Below, one piece after another: positions 57,570 through 64,000 of a stretch of DNA of 64,000 nucleotides. Position 1 is the stretch's first letter. Each line of letters opens with the position of its first letter. Both the position numbers and the translations under genes were made by a program. The DNA lies in contig JBNKHE010000001.1 of the NCBI GenBank assembly GCA_050290185.1, positions 66,713-130,712 on the forward strand, in the 5' to 3' direction. The stretch comes from Pontiella sp. Lineage in GTDB: Bacteria > Verrucomicrobiota > Kiritimatiellia > Kiritimatiellales > Pontiellaceae. The notes beneath the pieces were generated by a model, which saw only the letters and a list, made by a program, of their open reading frames with translations, was not told where the DNA came from and did not search any database.

Positions 57570-59903
57570 ATGAACGAACGCGTTGCCAAGCTGCGACAGG
57601 AAAGCCTCGATGCCGTGCCCCATATCTCGTTGGAACGCGCCCGGCTCGAAACCGAGGTGTACCGGCAATACGGCGATTCCCTACCTATCCCAATCCTGCG
57701 CGCGCGCGTCTTCGAAAAACTCATGGCCGAGAAAAAAATTTCCATCGCCGACGGCGAGTTGATTGTCGGCGAGCGCGGCGAATGCGCCGGCGCCACCCCG
57801 ACGTTTCCCGAACTGTGCTGCCACACGATGGAAGACCTCGACATCATGAACCACCGGGAAAAGATCTGGTTCAAGGTATCGCCCGAGGCCCGCGAGTTCC
57901 ACGAAGCCGAAATCATCCCCTTCTGGGAAAAGCGCGCCCTACGCAACAAGATCGTCGGCTCCATGACCGATGAATGGCGCGAATGCTACGCTGCCGGTAT
58001 TTTTACCGAATTCATGGAACAGCGTGGCCCGGGCCACACCGTGGCCGACGACAAAATCTACCAAAAGGGTTTCTGCGACTTCCAGCAGGACATCCTTGAT
58101 GCCATGAATGCCGTGGGCGACGACCCGGCCAAGAAGGCTGAGTTGGAAGCCATGATGATTACCTCCGAGGCGATCATCACGCTGGGCCGTCGCTATGCCG
58201 AGCTAGCCGAGCGGATGGCCGCATCCGAGTCTGACTCGGTCCGCAAGGCCGAGCTGGAATCGATCGCGATGGTCTGCCGCCGCGTGCCTGCCGAAAAGCC
58301 GCGCACCTTCCACGAAGCGCTGCAGATGTACTGGTTTGTCCACGTCGGCGTCATTACGGAAATGAACAACTGGGATGCCTTCAATCCCGGTCGTCTCGAC
58401 CAGCATCTCAACCCCTTCTACCAGCAGGATCTCGCCGACGGATCGCTCGACGCCGACAAGGCGAAGGAACTGCTCCAATGTCTGTGGGTCAAATTCAACA
58501 ACCACCCTGCCCCGCCGAAGGTGGGTGTTACGCTAAAGGAGAGCGGAACCTACACCGATTTTGCCAACATTAACAGCGGCGGCCTGACCATTGACGGTGA
58601 AGACGGAGTCAACGACGTCACCTGGCTCGTCCTCGACGTGATCGACGAAATGCGCCTGTTGCAACCCAGCTCCAACGTGCAGGTGAGCCGCAAGAATCCC
58701 GACGAATTCGTCAAACGCGCCGCCAAAATCGTTCGCAAGGGCTGGGGCCAGCCGTCGTTCTTCAATGCCGACGCGGTCGTCGAAGAAATGCTGCGTATGG
58801 GAAAGAGCATCGAGGATGCCCGTTGCGGCGGCACCAGCGGCTGCGTCGAAACCGGAGCCTTCGGCAAGGAGGCCTACATCCTCACCGGCTACTTCAACCT
58901 GCCCAAGGTTTTAGAGATTACGCTGAACAACGGTGTGGATCCCATGACCGGCAAGCAGCTTGGCACCAAAACGACCTTCAACTCCTACGACGAACTATTC
59001 GAGGCCTTCAAACAGCAACTGCACTATTTCATCGAAATCAAGGTCGACGGCAACAACACCATCGAAAAGCTCTACGCCGAGCAGATGCCCGTCCCGTTCC
59101 TCTCCACCATCATTTCCGACTGCATCCAAAACGGAAAGGACTACAATGCCGGCGGCGCACGCTACAACACCATGTATATCCAAGGCGTCGGCATCGGCAC
59201 TATGACCGACAGCCTCTGCGCCATCCGCAAGCAGGTCTACGAGGAACAAAACTTTTCGATGGATGAACTGCTCGTGGCGCTGGAAAACGACTTCGAGGGC
59301 TATGAAGCCATTCGCAGCAAACTCTTCAACCAGTCGCCAAAGTACGGCAACGACGATGACGAGGCCGACGCGGTCATGCGCGCCGTGTTCGATGCCTTCC
59401 ACGACGAAGTAACGGGCCGCCCCTGCATGAAAGGCGGCAAGTACGCCATCAACATGCTACCCACCACCTGCCATGTCTACTTCGGCTCCGTGATCGGAGC
59501 CACCCCCTGCGGACGCAAGGCCCATATGCCGCTTCCCGAGGGCATCTCCCCCTCCAAGGGTGCGGATCGCAAAGGACCGACGGCCGTCATCCAGTCCGCC
59601 GCAAAAATGGGCCACCTTGACACCGGCGGCACTCTACTGAACCAGAAGTTTACGCCGCAGGTGATGGCCGGCCAACGGGGAATCGACAACATGAGCTCGC
59701 TTGTGCGCGCCTATTTCCGGATGGACGGCCATCACATCCAGTTCAACGTGATCGACAAGCAGACCCTGCTCGATGCGCAGAAGTATCCGGATGAACACTC
59801 CGACCTCATCGTGCGCGTCGCCGGATACAGCGATTATTTCAACAACCTCGACAAGGTCCTGCAGGACGAAATCATCGCCCGCACCGAGCAGGATTTCGGC
59901 TGA
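57570..59903 (+). CDS. hypD: Glycyl radical enzyme, trans-4-hydroxy-L-proline dehydratase (HypD)-type
   Basis: FTEFMEQRGPGH, NWDAF, KESGTYTDFAN, TSGCVE, YILTGY, MLPTTCH, RVAGYS match HypD active-site motifs as I recall them. Confidence 0.82.
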   Translation: MNERVAKLRQESLDAVPHISLERARLETEVYRQYGDSLPIPILRARVFEKLMAEKKISIADGELIVGERGECAGATPTFPELCCHTMEDLDIMNHREKIWFKVSPEAREFHEAEIIPFWEKRALRNKIVGSMTDEWRECYAAGIFTEFMEQRGPGHTVADDKIYQKGFCDFQQDILDAMNAVGDDPAKKAELEAMMITSEAIITLGRRYAELAERMAASESDSVRKAELESIAMVCRRVPAEKPRTFHEALQMYWFVHVGVITEMNNWDAFNPGRLDQHLNPFYQQDLADGSLDADKAKELLQCLWVKFNNHPAPPKVGVTLKESGTYTDFANINSGGLTIDGEDGVNDVTWLVLDVIDEMRLLQPSSNVQVSRKNPDEFVKRAAKIVRKGWGQPSFFNADAVVEEMLRMGKSIEDARCGGTSGCVETGAFGKEAYILTGYFNLPKVLEITLNNGVDPMTGKQLGTKTTFNSYDELFEAFKQQLHYFIEIKVDGNNTIEKLYAEQMPVPFLSTIISDCIQNGKDYNAGGARYNTMYIQGVGIGTMTDSLCAIRKQVYEEQNFSMDELLVALENDFEGYEAIRSKLFNQSPKYGNDDDEADAVMRAVFDAFHDEVTGRPCMKGGKYAINMLPTTCHVYFGSVIGATPCGRKAHMPLPEGISPSKGADRKGPTAVIQSAAKMGHLDTGGTLLNQKFTPQVMAGQRGIDNMSSLVRAYFRMDGHHIQFNVIDKQTLLDAQKYPDEHSDLIVRVAGYSDYFNNLDKVLQDEIIARTEQDFG

Positions 59904-59981
59904 GTAAGATGTGATGCCGTTAGCTGTTTAGCGTAGATGCTACTCTCCTGGCAGATGCTGTGTAACCAATTGCGATACTGC

Positions 59982-60011
59982 CCACCTCCCGGTAACTCGG
60001 GAGGTGGTTTT
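59982..60011 (+). terminator. Intrinsic terminator of the hypD operon
   Basis: CCACCTCCCG-gtaact-CGGGAGGTGG-TTTT. Confidence 0.75.
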
Positions 60012-60028
60012 CTGTGTTTGGCTCAACG

Positions 60029-60445
60029 TTATTTTCGATAGCGGCGTTCGGATTCAGCAATCGGGATGTCATTGGCACTCATGTCGCGCCGTTGCATGAG
60101 TCCGTTTGAATCGAATTCCCAATGCTCGTTCCCATGGGTGCGGTACCATTGTCCGTCAACCGCATTGCGGTACTCATATTCAAACCGTACTGAGATTCGG
60201 TTATCGGTAAAAGCCCAGAGCTCTTTCATTAGCCGATAATCGAGCTCCTTTTCCCATTTCTTTTTGAGAAAGGTCTTAATGGCTTTGCGGCCGGCAAAAA
60301 ACTCACCGCGATTCCGCCATTTCGAATCTTCGGTATAGGCCAGTGCAACCCTCTCCGGATCGCAGCTGTTCCATCCGTCTTCTGCTGCCTGAACTTTGGC
60401 CAGAGCAGTTTCACGCGTGAAGGGGGGAACTAATTTTATACTCAT
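60029..60445 (-). CDS. DUF1348 / NTF2-like protein
   Basis: PPFT.ETA..KV.AAED.WN, WRNR.EF, KW.KEL.YRL.KELW, GNE.WEF. Confidence 0.92.
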   Translation of the reverse strand: MSIKLVPPFTRETALAKVQAAEDGWNSCDPERVALAYTEDSKWRNRGEFFAGRKAIKTFLKKKWEKELDYRLMKELWAFTDNRISVRFEYEYRNAVDGQWYRTHGNEHWEFDSNGLMQRRDMSANDIPIAESERRYRK

Positions 60446-60559
60446 TTTCTTTATCTCCTTTGGTTTCTAACAGTTTCTCCAGCTCAGCGATACGTGTTTT
60501 GAGGGGCTGGAGCATTTCTCTTCTTCAGTGAAGCGGCGAGTGATGTGCCGGGGGCAGGT
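60446..60559 (-). pseudogene. C-terminal remnant of a pyridoxamine 5'-phosphate oxidase-family gene
   Basis: TCPRHITRRFTEEE then, after a frameshift, LQPLKTRIAELEKLL. Confidence 0.55.
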
Positions 60560-60576
60560 TTGACCTTGGGATCAGG

Positions 60577-60828
60577 TTATGATTGTTCCGCAGAACACGG
60601 GAACGGGACCCATAACTTAAGGCTCATGGAGCCAACGGCCAAGAGGCCACAAGCAAGGGACACCAACGCTGCAGCAGTGTAAAATCCGATACTCCACACC
60701 TGTGCAATGCATTGCGGAAGGGTCGCCCCGCCAATGGGAACCAGTGACCATATCAACAACACAGTAAACAACGTGTTCATCATGATGAGACTACTCCAGA
60801 AGATGAGCGCTATACGTATAGGTTTCAT
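60577..60828 (-). CDS. Small hydrophobic hypothetical protein (possibly a degraded gene)
   Basis: Weak RBS GAGG and two hydrophobic segments. Confidence 0.4.
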   Translation of the reverse strand: MKPIRIALIFWSSLIMMNTLFTVLLIWSLVPIGGATLPQCIAQVWSIGFYTAAALVSLACGLLAVGSMSLKLWVPFPCSAEQS

Positions 60829-60950
60829 TTTCCTGATACCTCTTGAAGCGATTACGGGAGACCACTTCCTCAGCCGATAGTTGACCGGGGCGCGGCCACG
60901 GTTCCTTTCCTGAGCTGTTTGCAAAAAGCAGAACAAGAAAGATACCGCGT

Positions 60951-61799
60951 TTACGGATTCCAAATTCCTGTTCCCGCTGCGTTTGCTGCGTATGCCGAAA
61001 AGTCCCGGGGCGGTCGGCCCAATGCACGCTGAACACCATCCGTGACGTTAGAGTTTCGGCCATCGAGAACGGTGTTGAAAAGATATGCAGTAAGATCAAC
61101 AACATCCTGCGGCACACCCTCCTCAGTCATCCCGGAGACAAGCTGTTCGTTGGTAATCGGTACATAGCGAATATCTCGTCCAGCTGCCGTTGCAATTTCA
61201 GTAACGGCGTCAGCGAAGGTGAGCAGCCGCGGTCCGGTGACTTCGTAGAGCTGTCCGTGGTGTCCATCCTCGGTTAGGGCTGTCACAACAACATCGGCAA
61301 TATCGTCCACATCAATGAAAGGTTCGTATACGTCGCCGGCCGGCAGGGCCAAAACACCCTCGCGAAGCGGATCTAAAAAGAAGCCCTCACTAAAGTTCTG
61401 GTTAAACCAGCTGGCACGAACGATCGTCCATGCAATCCCAGAGTTCTGTACAATCTTTTCACACTGCATTGCAGCCTCTTCCCCACGCCCCGACAGAAGA
61501 ACCAGATGCTCTACACCGTTGCGGGAAGCGAGTTCTGTAAACCGGCGGATTGCAACGGGGGCTGCGGGCACGGCAAGATCCGGATAGTACGTTAGGTAAA
61601 CGGAAACGATATTCTGCAATGCGGGTTCCCACGTGGATTCATTTTCCCAATCAAAGGGAATTTCGCTCGCTCGAGAACCGATACGCGTTGGTACGCCACG
61701 GTCCGCAAGCCGTTTCGCCACACGGCGGCCTGTTTTTCCGGTGCCACCGATGACCAGTATGTTATCTTTCCGCACTAATGTTTTTGTTGCTGCTTTCAT
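60951..61799 (-). CDS. NmrA-like NAD(P)H-binding protein
   Basis: LVIGGTGKTGRRV, FDW, LLSGRGE, WFNQNF, EPFID.DDIA, ALGR.PRDF. Confidence 0.9.
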   Translation of the reverse strand: MKAATKTLVRKDNILVIGGTGKTGRRVAKRLADRGVPTRIGSRASEIPFDWENESTWEPALQNIVSVYLTYYPDLAVPAAPVAIRRFTELASRNGVEHLVLLSGRGEEAAMQCEKIVQNSGIAWTIVRASWFNQNFSEGFFLDPLREGVLALPAGDVYEPFIDVDDIADVVVTALTEDGHHGQLYEVTGPRLLTFADAVTEIATAAGRDIRYVPITNEQLVSGMTEEGVPQDVVDLTAYLFNTVLDGRNSNVTDGVQRALGRPPRDFSAYAANAAGTGIWNP

Positions 61800-61860
61800 C
61801 GTTTTTTCCTTCTGGGGTTCCGGCCGGGAAGACCCCGGCCGTTTTTCAGTTTGATCTTAC

Positions 61861-62598
61861 TTATTGGTTTTCCGCGGAATATTTTTGCATACGCTGTACC
61901 GCTGATTGGGTAGTGATTACTTCATTGGCCATGAAGCCGAAGTTGATCAAGGCGGCCTTGTAGCCATCGCCGAGTTCCGGTGTCACGGCGGCGGCGGTGG
62001 CGTCTTTTACCACGACCACTTCAAAGCCCTGCTCCAGTAGTTCCCGCATATGCGACTCCGTGCAGAGGTTCGCCGACATCCCGCCGAGAATCACCGTATC
62101 GATTTTGCGTTTGCGAAGCTGCAGCACGAGGTCGTTAGTCTCGGGGCCATATATTTTATGCGGACTGGTGACAACGGTTTTTCCATCCTGGATATAGGGT
62201 TTGTAACGCTCGAGCCAGTCCGCGCCGGACCCTTCAAAACCGTCCATGCTCAGGGCATCCTTCCGGTCGAACATATGGATCTGGTGCATCAGCGCTTCCA
62301 GCTTACCTTCGAAGTGCCAGTGGTGATCGGTTGGGTAGTAATAGTGAGGAGAAACAAAAACCTGAAAACCGGTCTCTTTAGCCGTTTTGAAGAGCTGGTC
62401 CAGATGTTCTACCGTGTGGTTTTCTTCCACGCTTTTTCCGACGACGCCCCAAGTGACGCCCTGCGGGCTCAGGAAGTCATTTTGCGGATCGGTGATGACC
62501 AACGCGGTGGTGGCTGGATTGAAAGTCACTTCCGCAGCAGCAGTGATTGAGATGGCGGTCAGAGCGAGTACGGTGAGTTTTTTAATCGTTGTTTTCAT
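61861..62598 (-). CDS. Exported isochorismatase-family cysteine hydrolase
   Basis: Signal peptide; ITDPQNDF, PHK.YGP, GMSANLC.ESH.R, DATA. Confidence 0.9.
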   Translation of the reverse strand: MKTTIKKLTVLALTAISITAAAEVTFNPATTALVITDPQNDFLSPQGVTWGVVGKSVEENHTVEHLDQLFKTAKETGFQVFVSPHYYYPTDHHWHFEGKLEALMHQIHMFDRKDALSMDGFEGSGADWLERYKPYIQDGKTVVTSPHKIYGPETNDLVLQLRKRKIDTVILGGMSANLCTESHMRELLEQGFEVVVVKDATAAAVTPELGDGYKAALINFGFMANEVITTQSAVQRMQKYSAENQ

Positions 62599-62674
62599 AA
62601 TATTTTCCTTTCACGTATTTGATTTAAGTGGCGAGTTCGCCGGTTGGTTTCAAGATCATCGTTTGTGGTTAAAT

Positions 62675-62851
62675 TCAGTCTTTCGGACCGGCTTCACGAC
62701 ACAAGATTTCAGCGCCTTCCACCGTTACGGGTTTGCTCATTGCTGGGCAGCCCGTCTCCGACTTTCCGGCATGGACGGACCCTGCTGTACAGGCCAGCAG
62801 GACCACTGGCAGTGCTTTGATTATTATGCGTATGGGACTTCTTTTTTTCAT
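62675..62851 (-). pseudogene. N-terminal remnant of an exported alpha/beta hydrolase
   Basis: RBS AGGAG, signal peptide, then VTVEGAEILCREAGPKD*. It stops just before the usual LLHGFP motif. Confidence 0.6.
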
Positions 62852-62915
62852 TGTACTTCTCCTGTTCTGCAATGCCTGGCGCACCGCGATTTTGATTACG
62901 TTTTCTTCGTAGGTT

Positions 62916-63584
62916 TTAAATATGGATTCTCTCCGGCAACATGAAAGGCTCAGAGAGCTCCTCCGAAATGCTCATGGGTGCGGCCTCCAAAGGGCGAGAC
63001 GAGATTTGGATCTGCTTGGCGAAGGTATTGAGTCCATCCCTAAGCTGCATTCGCGCCCGGTGTAGGATCACGTAGAGGTTCGCCCGAGAGATATTAAGCG
63101 TCCGGCAAATCTCTTCCGCCGACAGTCCCTCCAGTTCTCGGAGCACAAACGCATGGTGCTGGAGTGCGGGGAGCGAACGCATGCACGTCTGCAAAAGTTC
63201 TCCCAGTTCCTTGTTTTCCATCGCCATCCGGGGGTTCTCATGCCAATCCGCCGGAGTGCCCTTCCACCGTCCGCTCGAATCAAAAGCAATATTTGCTTCT
63301 TCCCCGAATGTATCGGTATCCTCGACGGGAATGGCGCGTCCTTCCCTCTTAACGGCGTCGACGATTTTATGGCGCATAATTCCAACCAGCCACGTGCGTA
63401 CCGAAGAGCGGCCCGAGAAGCCGTGTCGCGCCTTAAGCGCCGCCAGAAACGTTTCCTGCACCACGTCTTCGGCGGTACTTTGGTTCCGCAACCGGGTACG
63501 GGCATACGCATACAAGGCATCGCCATGTTCGTCTACCCACGTATCGGGCGACAGCGCGGCACTTTTTCTCGGGCCGGGTTTCAT
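62916..63584 (-). CDS. ECF sigma factor (TIGR02943-like)
   Basis: WVDEHGD.LY.YA..RL...AEDVVQETFLAA, F.GRSS.RTWL.GI..HK, F.LRELEG....EIC..L.IS..NL.V.LHRAR. Confidence 0.92.
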   Translation of the reverse strand: MKPGPRKSAALSPDTWVDEHGDALYAYARTRLRNQSTAEDVVQETFLAALKARHGFSGRSSVRTWLVGIMRHKIVDAVKREGRAIPVEDTDTFGEEANIAFDSSGRWKGTPADWHENPRMAMENKELGELLQTCMRSLPALQHHAFVLRELEGLSAEEICRTLNISRANLYVILHRARMQLRDGLNTFAKQIQISSRPLEAAPMSISEELSEPFMLPERIHI

Positions 63585-64000
63585 TAACCGATCTCCAACT
63601 CGCGGACGGTTTCCAGTGCTGGGGCGGCGGGGAAGTCGACCTCAACCTGGGCCACATGGTTAAAATAGTTCGTGAAAATATTCTTCACCACATGAGCAAC
63701 GATTTCCGTAATGTCTTCGTCGGTGTATCCCGCTCCACGAACATTGGCCACGTCGGCATCCGTCACCCAGCCCTGCTTCTCCACCACTGCTTTCGCGAAC
63801 AGCAGGGCTGCCTCTTCCTTACTGTCGATCGATTTTGCGCGACGGCTGTCGATCGCCTGCTCACCGCTAAGGCCCACCATCTTTCCAATCGCAGTGTGTG
63901 CAGCAAGGCAGTACTTGCAGTCGTTGATCTCGGCGACGGTCAGCGCGATCTGCTCGCGCAGTGTCGGAGGGAGCGTGCCTTTATCGAGCGCGCCGAATCC
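63584..64000 (-). CDS. Carboxymuconolactone decarboxylase/AhpD-like protein (5' end outside the window)
   Basis: The frame stays open to the window end: LREQIAL.VAE.NDCKYCLAAH...N.FTNYFN.VA..EVDFP. Confidence 0.9.
   Translation of the reverse strand, partial: GFGALDKGTLPPTLREQIALTVAEINDCKYCLAAHTAIGKMVGLSGEQAIDSRRAKSIDSKEEAALLFAKAVVEKQGWVTDADVANVRGAGYTDEDITEIVAHVVKNIFTNYFNHVAQVEVDFPAAPALETVRELEIG

Noticed and set aside
59933..59958. GTAG followed by a weak hairpin downstream of hypD, a possible decayed REP
   Set aside because: The stem is too imperfect to support a call.

Overview
A roughly 55-58% GC (estimated by eye), gene-dense bacterial chromosomal segment. Gene content suggests a PVC-superphylum anaerobe, possibly Kiritimatiellota/Pontiella-like; this is inference. 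Most of it is housekeeping: dprA (partial), aroB, folC, accD, comF, tatD, a stand-alone fusA, rpsU, tRNA-Leu(TAA), a GspE/PilB ATPase, dinB, metH plus a Hcy-methyltransferase/MTHFR fusion, aroK, an FKBP PPIase, tsaE/tsaB, an ArfB-like factor, hexokinase, rlmH, qmcA/nfeD, pcm, a pabB-pabC fusion, and a HypD-type glycyl radical enzyme with its activase. The right end is a decaying ECF/AhpD-associated operon with gene remnants. The most notable observations are: (1) three tandem exported proteins that share one N-terminal YEKAY.LETAKGQ module on different C-terminal domains, co-transcribed with a sensor kinase and OmpR-type regulator; (2) GTAG-type REP palindromes, one doublet and one singlet, inserted in frame inside the pabB-pabC coding sequence; (3) a four-helix-bundle gene bracketed by heptamer-periodic inverted repeats inside the met operon, plus several gene-less periodic hairpins at other operon junctions; (4) small proteins missed by the ORF track, and a basic 60-aa protein whose promoter resembles that of rpsU. 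I saw no CRISPR array, integrase, transposase or reverse transcriptase.
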